Source: Selaginella moellendorffii
Taxonomy: Eukaryota > Plantae > Lycopodiophyta
DNA: 64,000 nt
NCBI RefSeq assembly: GCF_000143415.4
Contig: NW_003314275.1
Coordinates: 434,001 to 498,000, forward strand
Direction: 5' to 3'
Notes under the pieces: model-generated
The model's database searches: none
Seen by the model: only the letters and a program-made list of their open reading frames with translations
What the model was told of the DNA's origin: nothing
Made by a program: the position numbers and the translations under genes
Shown here: in pieces, positions 24,863 to 36,420 of the stretch
Position numbering within the stretch: position 1 is the first letter of the stretch
Layout: the number at the start of each line of letters is the position of its first letter

Positions 24863-25633
24863 GTTCGCGGGGCCTTATGAGATTGAGGCTTGAATCGGTA
24901 AAGTGGCTTACCGTCTCTGACTTCCTCGAGAGATGGGGAAGATGCACCCCGTGTTCCACGTGAACTTACTCAAGCTGTATTTTGAGGATCCTCTTCACAA
25001 GGACCAAGTAAGACCATACCCGAGGTTATCTAAGGGGAAGAGGAATATGAAGTGGAGGCCATCCTCAATGCACGCAAGAGCAAGCGACAAGGACGCAAGG
25101 TGAGAGAGTTCCATATGTAGTGGAAAGGATTTTCACACTGCAAAGCAACATGGGAACCGGAGGAGAACCTAGCGAATGCGCAAGATTTAATGGAGGAATT
25201 TCTGCAAGGCAGAACTCTATGTATTTATGCAAAGTTCAATTAAAAGTATCAATTTGTGAAGTTGAGCAATGGCATGTGTTGGGACCCGAAGGCGCGCCGA
25301 AGGTAAGCTAATTAGCATGGGTTAGCTAGGTCAACCAAGCGTAGGGAACTATGCCCGACTCCCCACGAGGAGGTCAAAACCGTAGACGTATTCTACGGAG
25401 GTTGGGTTCGAGTCCCAACCCCCTAGTAAAGCAAGGCTGGGTTCAAGTCCCAACCCCATACTAGGGCGTGGTGGGGTGAGGAGTACAGGGACACCTATAT
25501 TCCGTTGTTATGGGCTCTTGGCCGAGGAGGCTAACTTAGGCACACCGCTAAGTGGGGGGATGCCCCCGGAGACATGGTCAACAAGTTGTAGGATTAAAAA
25601 GAGAGACGTTCGATGTGGGCATCGAACTTCTTC

Positions 25634-25648
25634 TATGGGTGGTGGAGT
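25634..25648 (+). promoter_or_regulatory. Polypurine-tract-like sequence of element B
   Basis: G-rich TATGGGTGGTGGAGT lies directly before the 3' LTR. Confidence 0.65.
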
Positions 25649-26778
25649 TGTAAGGAACCAATTCCCTGAGGTGTCGTAGGCTAAAGGATCCCCAAAAGCA
25701 TGACCAAAATGATAAAGAGTTCATCAGATGGGACCGAGTCTGAGATCGAGTTCAAGACCGACTCTGAGACCAAGTTTGAGATAGAGTTTGAAATTGAGTG
25801 AGAGGCCAACTCGGAGACCGAGTTCGAGACTGAGTTTGAGACGGAGTCCAAGATCCAAAATCGGGTTCGAGACCGAGTCCGAGGTCGAGTTCGAGGTCGG
25901 GTCTAAGATCGGGTCCGAGACCGAATCCGAAGTCAGATCCAAGATCGAGTCCGAGATCGAGCCAGAGACTAAGTCTGAGTACTAATACGGGTCAAGGGGG
26001 TGAAAGCCCAAAGCGTGCGTCTCCCGGGGGGGGGGGGGGGGGGGCTACAGGGGGTTCCAAAAGTATAGTAGGGATAGCGAGGTCCAGGAACCAGTTTTGA
26101 CAGAACTCTCCAGTGGGGCTTCCAAACTGACTTGAGGTTGAGACTGGGACCGAGGGGCCTTGGGTGGGAGTGAGTATGGACTCGGTTGGTGCCGTAGGGG
26201 CCATCCAAGGAAGTGCTCAAGAGCAGCTCCCACTCCCAAAAGGGAAATCGATTGTAGTGCTCCTAGCTCATGTGGAGTGGTGCCCCACTTGAGTACCATG
26301 CGGCTCATTGGTCCTTGCCCTTCCTAGGGGCTTGGGCCTTCCTTCGGGATGGAAGTGGGGGGGTAGAGGTACCCATACCGGGTCGTTAGGCCACGGTGTT
26401 TCGCCTCGGCGTCCCAAAGCAAGTGTTGCACCCAAGACTTGGGATTTAAAGGGTCCCATGATCATGTCTTGTGGTACCAAGGGGTGTTAGGAACCTAGAC
26501 GTTTAGTGTGCTTGGCTGCTTGTGCCTGCAGGGAGTGTAGCCGAACCTTAAGTTTAGTCTAACCCGGGGAGGGGGATTGGGAGGGATTTGGGAATTCGTG
26601 GATGGATGGCTAACACTCCGTTGCTCGTGCAATGAGTAGCTGAAACCAAGTAGGACCAAGTAGGAGCTGGTACCATAGGTGAGAACCTTGGCAAGGGAAC
26701 TTAGCAAAAGCCAAGGCAGTGTTGGACAGATAGACAAGGTAAGCTGGCAAATTAGAAAGGAAAAATTTGTGGCTTACA
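25649..26778 (+). repeat. 3' LTR of element B (1130 bp)
   Basis: Direct repeat of 7000-8123, followed by TSD GTGTG. Confidence 0.95.
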
Positions 26779-26783
26779 GTGTG

Positions 26784-28412
26784 GTACACTGAGTCTTGGC
26801 CAGGTGGTCTCCTTGAGGTTCTAGTCCAAGTGGCCGGGCTTCGTTTGCGCTTGCGGCTCTCAACTTGTGCGGATGGTGCTGGTGTGGTTGTGGGTGTTGT
26901 GCGAGACTCCACGATGTGGACCAGGTATACCTTGCCAAGCATCCGAATCTTGTAGGGGATGGGAGCTTTCCCTGTGAACAGAACATGGATGAGCTGTCCG
27001 CCTAATTCCTCCCAAGTGGCCTTTTTCCCCAGGTACTGCACAAACCCTTCAACCATCATGGCCAGAAAAACCAGGGTGTTGTTGGTTTCGGAGATGTCGT
27101 CGATGATGAGGTCCAGTTCCATTGTCGGCTGGTGGATCATCTCCTTTTGACTTGGTGAGAAGCCCGGCGGGTAGCAGTAAAAGAAGCACTCGTAGGTTGG
27201 CCGTGTGATTCGTTGTGTGGTGATGAGTGTGTGGCGGTTCATCTCGGTGCAGACTTCGATGCTGTAGCAGTTGTGGCCGAGAAATGTGACCTGTCAACCC
27301 CGAAAAGCAACTCCTACCTTTTGGAAGCATTCATCCAACCATTGCATGGCTAACTCTTGATCTAGTTTGCCTCCTTCGAAGATCGCAAGGACGAGTGTCT
27401 TGGCTTCTATTACTTGGCGTTGTTGTAGCTCCATGAGGATCTCATTGGCTTCAACTTGGATCTCCCCAGGAACTGGGACTGTGACATCGGACAAGGTGGG
27501 TGCCGCATTGGAACAGTTGGTAGTTGCCTTGTCGACTTCGACATGTAGTTCCTCCATGCGTGTCCATCCCAGATACAGCACCTCTGATTCCTTCATTTTT
27601 GCAAACTGTGACAGTGAGGTTGACATGTGCTCTGTTGGGCGTGGACTTTCCTGGGCAGGGGAGAGCTCGACTACTGGGATGGTTGGAGGTGCTGAACCGG
27701 AGCTAGTGCCAATAGAGAGGCGTGGCACTAGAGCAGTGAGCCGTGTGGATTCCTTTGGGGTTGGTGAGTTGTGGTGTGCGCTATCGGTACTAGGATCTCC
27801 TGGCAGGGCTTGAATGACTTGGTCCCTCTGCTGTGTGTTCAGGATGAGGTCACTGCCCGTTGGGGAGGGGGCATGTGAGTCTGAAGGTTGTCCTTGGGTC
27901 TCATCGGCGCCTTCGTCTCCATAGGTGCCGAGGCCTTCCAGTGCCGGGGGGAGGGGAAGGGCCATGGCCATTGGTAGTGCGGCTATAGACCTTGTGGCCG
28001 GGGATTGTCTGGATGAGGATGCAGCGGTTCCTCCTTTCGGCTTCCTAGGGTTCTTCACCGCTGGCTTTTTCCTTGGAACTTTAACAGTGTCTGCTGAGGA
28101 GGCTGAGGAAGAAGTTGGATCTCTTGTTAGTTGCGCCATGTCTGGTTCCTTCTCCACGGGGGGAATGTCAGGCTTTGGTGGTGGCGGGGGACGTTGCTTG
28201 AGCTTGATGGACAGCTTCATCCCCGTGTTCTTTACTGCCAAGAGTGGAGCGGATACGGCCTCGGGCGCTTCCTCGTCCTCCGTCCGGTTTTGGATTGTGT
28301 CTAGATGCGCCAGGTGCACCATGAGCAGGGCCTGAGTGATCATGTCTCCTGCCGAGTGTTCCTCCTCATCCATGAGGATCCCGCATTTGCGTGCGTGCTT
28401 TGTTCTTGGCAT
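26784..28412 (-). pseudogene. LINE-A ORF1, 5' part (continues at 6999-~6500 after removing element B)
   Basis: Pro/Ser-rich N-terminus, then KTLVLAIFEG..WLDECF..FLGHNCYSIEV, resembling the DUF4283/RRM-like region of plant LINE ORF1; lies upstream of ORF2. Confidence 0.65.
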
Positions 28413-29205
28413 GTTCCATTGAATCCGAGTGGCTGCAAGACGTTTGAGGATCAACGACGTGCCGAAGAGGATAAACAAGACTCCTGTATCCAATAAACAA
28501 TTGGGGGCTGTGGTGCAGGGGAAGGGAGGCGCAATAGTGAAAGAAGCTTTTGCTGGGGGGCAGATTGGAGAATGGAGGGGGGGCGTCAACAAGGAGGTGG
28601 TGGGAGGGGTGGGGGAGAGCAGGGGGAAGAGGGGTGCTATAGTTGCGGGGAGGCACAAGAAGGGGAGAGGGCTGACCTTCGCGTTGGTGCAGGATGGTGG
28701 ATGCTTGCTTTCGCTCTATTCTGTGCTCCCATGTTGGCGCTGGTGAGGAGAGTTGTGGACTTGTTTTTTTTCGGCGTGGAGAGGAATTTTTATCGTTGGA
28801 GGCTTGTGGATGGTGACTGGGGTACGTGGCATATCCCCAGGGGTGGCATGTGTCTGCGTGGGGTGTGTGGCCCATGATCATGATTGGTGATTAGATTTTG
28901 CTGACGTCCTTGGCCCTCGGCTATTGTGTGTCGGAATGTCTCAATTCTGAGGAGGTGTTGTTAATGATTGGGTGCTCAAGAGAGACGTATGGTGACTCCC
29001 GAGGTACTTGAGATTGTGGGGGCTTAAATGCTCCAATCTGTCCCTTAAGCGTGATGGTGTTACCGCATAATTCAGGCCGTCAAGTGGTGTGAGAAGTGAT
29101 TGTGTCCGTCTATAGGACCTTGGTAAGATCGCTGAACATGTATGTACATTCCCCATGTCCCAATGGGACTAATACAAAAATTGGGCATGCCGCCCTCTCA
29201 ATGAG

Positions 29206-31985
29206 CTACTCTACGTGATCCTCATAAGTGGCAGCTGGTCCTTCTTGGAGTAGAAGTGGACGTGGTCGTCTCGAGCGAATCATTTCGATGTCCAAGTCTC
29301 CCCTATGAGCTGACCTTAGAACAGAGTCCGAGGGGCGCCACTGCCAGCGAATCTCGCCACCTCCCAATTTGCCAAAGCATGGGAGCCACCTAGATCTCCA
29401 CTTCTCGAGTTGCCTTGGTTTCACCCGCTCTTTCAGGATGGTGTAGGAAAGACGCACCGCTGCAAGAGTGAGTCTCCACCATGATGCCACCACTGCCGAT
29501 ATTCTCGCTAGTTGCCCATCAAAGCGACAGTGGTTTCGAGCCTCCCAGAGTGCCTGCACTTTTGTTGCCCTCCAAATGGACCAGCGCTCCTGACCCAATG
29601 CCTCCTAGATGGACATCCCAACTTTAGCCCCTGTCGCGTCCCACCGGACTCGCATGTTCCATTTGTGTCATCCGTAGCAGCGAATACACCTCCAAGCTGG
29701 ACCAATGGCTGGCCCTCTAGCTCCCTCAAACCAGTGGAGGATATCCCCACTCCGGGCCTCAAACTCTAGAATGTCTCCAAGTTCCTGCGTCGCCTTGAAG
29801 ATCTGTCGCCATACTTCTCTCGCCACGTCGCATTCCCATAGGGCATGTCACGCTATCTCCAGCTCACCACACTCCTTGCACCATCGGCATGGTTCATCCT
29901 GGAACCGCTGTCCTACCGGCAGCCCGTTATTTGCCACCAACCAAGAGGTGGCCTTAACTTTCTCCTGTACCGGTAGTTTCCAGAACGCAAGCGTGTTGCC
30001 CACCACCTGATTTGCTTCAACTCCTTGCTCGATCCATTTCTTCCAGAGCTTGGGGATCTCCCCTCGGGCCTCCTCCCTGCTGGTCAAGAGACCATCCCTT
30101 GCTTCCTTGACGCCAAAGGAGAAGAAGCTCCTCACTCTTCATTTCCATGCTGCGGGGTCCCAATCCAGATCCTCGATGAGCTGCTGTCGCCACCATCTAA
30201 GTATGCCATCCCCCTCTAGTGCGGCCAACAATTGAACCACCACCGATTGCTTTGGAGCCTGTCGTATTACTCGAATCCTACCCTTGACTTCATCATCCCT
30301 CACCATCGGCATGACCTGTTCGTCCCCTGCTGGCAGCAGCATGTCGCCTCTCAAGACCCAAAAGGGACGCCCAACATTTTGGTCTGGGGACACAACGAAC
30401 CATACCTCCACATCCCTATCCTCCCAAGCTAGTGTTGGGGCTGTAAACACCCGTGTCTAGGCCCCCAAGCTGACTCGTTCCCTGTCTGGCTCCATGTCCC
30501 GTTGTAGAGCCACAAAGTCTCCAGATTTGAGACAACGCTTGGGCCAAAGCTTCCCCTTCTTCGCCTCACTCACCGCTCTAATAATGCGAAGAAGATCAAG
30601 GTGGACTTTCCTCTACCATCCCGGGTTAAAGACTTGCATATGCCTCGTAGTTTTCCTCCTGTCCTTGTCCAGAACCCGCACCAGTTGCTTGAGAGTTCGG
30701 AAGTCTGCGCTATGTAGCTTTCTCCAGATTGTGTAGTGGTCCTCCTTGCCCAGCGTCCTGCCATCCAGCTTGAAGAGGTCGTTGAAGAATAGGGGCTGGT
30801 TCAGCTAGTCCTCCACTCGCCCTGGCAATTCCCTACTGACTGGAAACACGCTCCATAACCTGAGAAGCCCTTGGACCAGAGTGCTGCCCTTGACTACTTG
30901 CTTCGGCCCCTCGGCAAAGAGCTAACATGGATCTTCCTCCCACAATCTTGCAGTGTTGTGCTTGGGCCGGATTGCCAACAAGTTCTACCTAAACATGAGT
31001 CTCCAAGGTTGATTACCTGGTTGAAGGCTCATGAGGAGGATTTTGTACCGTAGTGCCGTCACCATGTCGCTCAGATCGATTACTCCAAGTCCTCCCAAGA
31101 CTTGCGGACGTGCTGTAGATTGCCACATGACCTTAGCCATGCTCCTCTCTGTGACCAGAGCGCCCTGCCACAAATACTAACGGACCATCATGTGTACCTT
31201 TCTAAGAGTGCATTCTGGGACAGGCCAGATGGAGAGGTGGTACCAGATGTTGGGTAGAATGATGCTCCTGGCGACTACCACTCTCGCTGGCAAGCCGAGT
31301 TTCCGGGGAGCCCACTTCTGGATTGACATTCGGACCCGTCGGAGCAAGGTATCATCCTGAAGTGCTACACTGAACCGAGTACCAACCTGGATCCCTAGGT
31401 ACCTGGCGTCTTCTCCTGGTTTGAGCCACTGGAAGCCAATGTCCTACCCCCAAGATTCGATGCCTGGTCGCCCCCAATTTATGCCCACTAATTTGTTCCA
31501 GTTAATTGCTGCACCAGCTGCGAGGTTGAACGTCTCCAATGCCTTCTTAGCCGCATCCATGTTCTCCTTAGTCGTGAGTAGGAACAAAGCAGTGTTGTCT
31601 ACAAAAGCTCCATCAAGGAGTTCCCGAGACATCCTTGTGGTCCCCAAAAGTTGCTGTCTCGCAGCCGGCAATGTGAGTCCTTTAATGCATCTGCCTTCTG
31701 CTAGAAACATGCCTAGGGCCTCAGCCACAATAAGAAAAAGATAGGGTGCTAGTGGACACCCTTGGCGTACCGAACGTCCCAGCTGGAAACTCGATCCCAT
31801 CTCGCCATTGATTGTGACTCTGCTTGCGGCTCCTTGGTACAATAACGATATCCTAGTGACCGTCTCTCTTGGAATGCCGATCATATGCATGCACTCCTCC
31901 AGGAACCTCCAGTCCACCCGATCGTAGGCCTTCTCGAAGTCTAGTAGCCATGCTGCAGTTTGTTGGCCAGAGATCTCTGCCCATG
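29206..31985 (-). pseudogene. LINE-B ORF2 remnant (RT C-terminal half and zf-RVT-like region)
   Basis: RT motifs, GGLGV.DL, CRWC, LWEARN. Confidence 0.85.
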
Positions 31986-34637
31986 TGTTCCCGCGGCACA
32001 TCAGCCAGTCTCCCTCCTCTGTGGGACTTAATTCCCGCTTAGGAGGAATCCACCTGACCGCCATTCCTACTGTCCGAGGGAGGATTGGCTGGAAGCCATC
32101 TCCTTCGACATCCGTAATAGGTCCCTCAAACAGTTTGGGCTGTGAGGATGAGCCCAAGAGTGGTGGGGCGACCAAGAAGCGAATGTGGGGAGCTTGGTCT
32201 GGAGGGCATGCCTTCAAGATCTGCTCCTGCTCTGTAGGTAACTCAAACGGCTTCTGGGATGCCAACCTATTCCGCTTGACTGGGCAGGCCTCCTCCCGGT
32301 GTCCAGCACGCTGACAAAAGCTGGAAAGCTCCCGCCTGGTCCTCTACCGTGAACCTTGGGATCCATGGTGAAATGACACCGCCCAATTCTCGTCAATGAG
32401 GTCATGCATGGCCTCCGCCTGGGACTGTGCCTCCTCTGTCTCAAAGACAACTGTGTAGCAACCCTTCCCATGCGGCAGCATCTTCTTCATGAGGATTCCC
32501 TGGCCCAGCATTGCATTGATCCAATCGTTAGCCATGCAACCTATTGGGAACTTCCCCCTGAAAACAGCGATCAATGCCTTCTTGCGGAGTTCCTCCTCCT
32601 TCTCTGCTACTGCTCTTTGCAGAGTCTCAGCCAACTTGACAGGGACAGCCTTTCCTCTTGTGTCATCGTGGACCAAGTAACTTCTACCTTCCCCTGCTGC
32701 TGCCACCTTGAGCACTTCGGCCTGACTAGGTGTTCCCCCGTTCACGTTATGTGAGGCGTACTCCTTGTTAACATCACTGTTCCCGTCCGAGGAGTGCAGC
32801 GCTTCTACCACCTTTCCGCCGCCCCAAGTCTTCCTCATTCTCGATTGGGCTTTTGCCACTCGCTCTGGGGTGTCAACCTCCTGGTGCTGGTACGCCCAAG
32901 ACTCTGTTCTCTTGTCTGGTGGGGCGTGCTCCTCCTCAAGAAAGGCTTCAACTGTGTTTGTCCAGGCCGGGTCCTCCTTGGCAAGTCTCAGAGTTTTAAG
33001 CTTCCGCCGCGTTGCTTGCTTCACTTTCTTCTTCTCACGTTTGGTCTTCCTCTTGTTGAAGGCATCACGGTCCTGGAATTGAAGTGTGCCATCTAACTGT
33101 TCCTCCAGTGAGCACATTGTCTCTGGCTCTGTTTCTGGCTCTCCGAGTCCCGCTTCAACTGTTGGTGTTGGTGTGGTATCCACTTTGCCACCTTGCTCTT
33201 GCGCCCATGCATCGAAGAGGTCCGCTTGCTGTGTGGCCACTGCCTTTGTGATTATTTTTTGCGCTTCATGCAATGCAGGGCCCAACACAAGGTCCTCTCA
33301 CAAAGTATTCAGATCCAGCTCTCTGATCGTGCACATCAGAGTTGACTGGAGTTCTTTGCGTATGGGAAGCGGAGAACTTTGGATCCTTTCCTCAAAGTGG
33401 TGAGGGTCCCAGACCAGCATCCCTGCCTTGTCGAGTCGCGGGAGTGGAGAGGGAAGCGACTCCTTCTACTCCTCGTGTGGTGTTGTGGGAGAGTCCGGAT
33501 CTGATTTCCTCGCTTGTTGCAAGTGCGCAGGGTCCACCTGGTGTGTTTCCTCCTGTACTCTTGCATGTACTGGATCAGGGATGAGCCCGGCCACGTCTGC
33601 AAGAGTTTTTGGGTGGGACAAGGGGTTCCCACCAGCTGGGCATGAGCTTGACGCATTCCTGTAAGCAAGGAGTGTGCCAGCTGCCCAGTCCTTTCGAGTC
33701 CTGAGGTTCTCTGTTAGAATTGCGAGAGCTACACGATGTGCATCCCACAAAGAGATGTTCCCCACATCTTCCCCGTCATCCAGTTGGTGAGTTAGCTGCG
33801 AGACTTCATGCTAGATTCACTGTGCCGACTCTCGATGCACCTGTTCCGTGAACTGCTCACTGTTCCAAAAGACTATACCACCGCTTGCAGGCTTCAGCAA
33901 AAACAAGTGTAGACAATCTATGCTATCTCCACCTTGCCTCAAGTCCATGCAGTGCCTCGTCACTGGGGGCTGTGGGCTGGATTGGGGCCTCACACTTGAG
34001 GAACAAGCTGGTGAAGATGGGAGTGAAGCTCTGGGCTTGTTTGTCAGGTCCGACAAGCATCTGTGGGCAAACTTCAGTGTCCGAAGAGGCAGCTCTTTGT
34101 TCAGTCCTAGGACCACGGCTGAACGGTCTGCATCTATGGGCAAACTTCAGTGTCCGAAGAGGCAGCTCTTTGTTCAGTTAGTGAGGCTTCCATGTTGAGC
34201 TTGCAGGACAGAAGTGCGTCGTCCTGTTCCCCTCTGTTTTTGGACGTTCTAGGTGGGGCAGACTTGAGTTCTCCTGTCCCATGTCCTGGCTTTGCTACTG
34301 CTACACGCTGCTGCTGCTGCATGTGCTGCTGCTGCTGCATGTGCTGCTGCTCTAGTGGTGACCCCTGACCTGGCCCTGGTGTGCCGCTCCTATACTTTTG
34401 TGAGACATCCATCCCTGTGAATCCCCTCAATGGCGAAAGTGCTTGGGATGATTCCCCGCAAGCCTTCCTGACTTGTAGCTAGCCCGAGACCCTCACGAAG
34501 CTCCTGAACTCCAGCCAGTGACCAAGCAAGTGGGTGAGGGGAGGTAGCTTCGTCCTCTCCACCACTCTTAGTGGGCTCCTCATCTCTGGCTTGGCTTTTA
34601 CTTCCAACTTGTTCCAGGACCTGGCCGTCCACTGGAC

Positions 34638-34887
34638 GAGTGTAGCGCATGTGATCATGGGATGAGATTTGGATATACTGTCACTATGGATCCTTGGAAC
34701 CTTGGGGGATAAATGGGGATAAAATAGCCACTAAGGGCTCTCTCCCCTTAAGCCAACTGGAAAAGGGGCAATTGCTTGATGAGAGAGCCCTTAGTGGCTA
34801 TTTTATCCCCATTTATCCCCCAAGGTTCCAAGGATCCACGGTGACAGTATATCCAAATCTCATCCCATGATCACATGCGCTACACTC
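34638..34887. repeat. 107-bp inverted repeat with a 36-nt loop
   Basis: 34638-34744 is the reverse complement of 34781-34887 apart from a CG->TA change. Confidence 0.92.
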
Positions 34888-36420
34888 ACCCCCCCTTCAG
34901 AGATGTCAATGTCCTCATTGACTATTGACTAGCAATCCCTACTGAGCCAAGGGGAACCAGCACCTCCATTTCCGCACTCAATCTACCAATCCTTCCATTG
35001 TGTAGACCAACTATTCCATGTGAGGCAACTAGTCATCCACCCGTACCGCAGTCCCACGGTGGATACCTTCGTCCGTGGATACTCCACACAAGAGGAAGGA
35101 CGTACACATGGATGCCCAATACGTACGATTTCAAATTTAGGGGTAGGAATATACCTTGCTCAAGGGTATATTATACATTTAAGTAGCCACTAATCAATGG
35201 GAATCGAACACGTGCCATTTTCTCTGATACCAACTGTAGCGCACCTTATCTCTCTCCCCTTAAGCCAACTGGAAAAGGGGCAATTGCTTGATGAGAGAGC
35301 CCTTAGTGGCTATTTTATCCCCATTTATCCCCCAAGGTTCCAAGGATCCACGGTGACAGTATATCCAAATCTCATCCCATGATCACATGCGCTACACTCA
35401 CCCCCCCTTCAGAGATGTCAATGTCCTCATTGACTATTGACTAGCAATCCCTACTGAGCCAAGGGGAACCAGCACCTCCATTTCCGCACTCAATCTACCA
35501 ATCCTTCCATTGTGTAGACCAACTATTCCATGTGAGGCAACTAGTCATCCACCCGTACCGCAGTCCCACGGTGGATACCTTCGTCCGTGGATACTCCACA
35601 CAAGAGGAAGGACGTACACATGGATGCCCAATACGTACGATTTCAAATTTAGGGGTAGGAATATACCTTGCTCAAGGGTATATTATACATTTAAGTAGCC
35701 ACTAATCAATGGGAATCGAACACGTGCCATTTTCTCTGATACCAACTGTAGCGCACCTTATCTCTCTCCCCTTAAGCCAACTGGAAAAGGGGCAATTGCT
35801 TGATGAGAGAGCCCTTAGTGGCTATTTTATCCCCATTTATCCCCCAAGGTTCCAAGGATCCACGGTGACAGTATATCCAAATCTCATCCCATGATCACAT
35901 GCGCTACACTCAGCCCCCCTTCAGAGATGTCAATGTCCTCATTGACTATAGACTAGCAATCCCTACTGAGCCAAGGGGAACCAGCACCTCCATTTCCGCA
36001 CTCAATCTACCAATCCTTCCATTGTGTAGACCAACTATTCCATGTGAGGCAACTAGTCATCCACCCGTACCGCAGTCCCACGGTGGATACCTTCGTCCGT
36101 GGATACTCCACACAAGAGGAAGGACGTACGCATGGATGCCCAATACGTACGATTTCAAATTTAAGGGTAGGAATATACCTTGCTCAAGGGTATATTATAC
36201 ATTTAAGTAGCCACTAATCAATGGGAATCGAACACGTGCCATTTTCTCTGATACCAACTGTAGCGCACCTTATCTCTCTCCCCTTAAGCCAACTGGAAAA
36301 GGGGCAATTGCTTGATGAGAGAGCCCTTAGTGGCTATTTTATCCCCATTTATCCCCCAAGGTTCCAAGGATCCACGGTGACAGTATATCCAAATCTCATC
36401 CCATGATCACATGCGCTACA
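34638..36420 (-). mobile_element. Tandem-array TRIM: 162-bp LTRs alternating with 350-bp non-coding internal domains (512-bp period, 3 internals, 4 LTRs), last LTR folded back
   Basis: LTRs TGTAGCGCA...TGCGCTACA at 35235-35396, 35747-35908, 36259-36420. PBS TGGTATCAGAGA (minus strand, e.g. 35221-35232). PPT GAAGGGGGGGTGAG (minus strand, e.g. from 34885). Confidence 0.9.

Larger units (their letters stand above)
22221..25208 (+). pseudogene. Element B pol: RT, RNase H, integrase, chromodomain
   Basis: MCIDYR, YIDD, TDASDFALG, HEKEL, H..GH..CPTCQ, MDFITGLP, VVVDRFSK, GPY, EYEVEAIL..WKG..TWEP. Confidence 0.95.
7000..26778 (+). mobile_element. Ty3/gypsy chromovirus-type LTR retrotransposon B, full length, inserted in LINE-A ORF1
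   Basis: Paired TGTAAG...CTTACA LTRs, 5-bp TSD GTGTG (6995-6999 and 26779-26783), PBS, PPT, and gag-PR-RT-RH-INT-chromodomain order. Confidence 0.95.

Noticed and set aside
25209-25261. Third intron in element B as a firm feature
   Set aside because: Weak GC donor and no conserved protein motif to validate the junction; kept only as a candidate.
34998-36406. Repeated 61-103 aa ORFs in the 512-bp array
   Set aside because: They lie antisense to a non-coding TRIM, have no recognisable motif, and repeat only because the unit repeats.
34738-36420. Hammerhead ribozyme (retrozyme/Penelope) or 5S-derived (Cassandra) LTR
   Set aside because: TTGATGAG is present but I found no matching GAAA core, and I saw no 5S similarity by eye. 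An Infernal scan would settle it.
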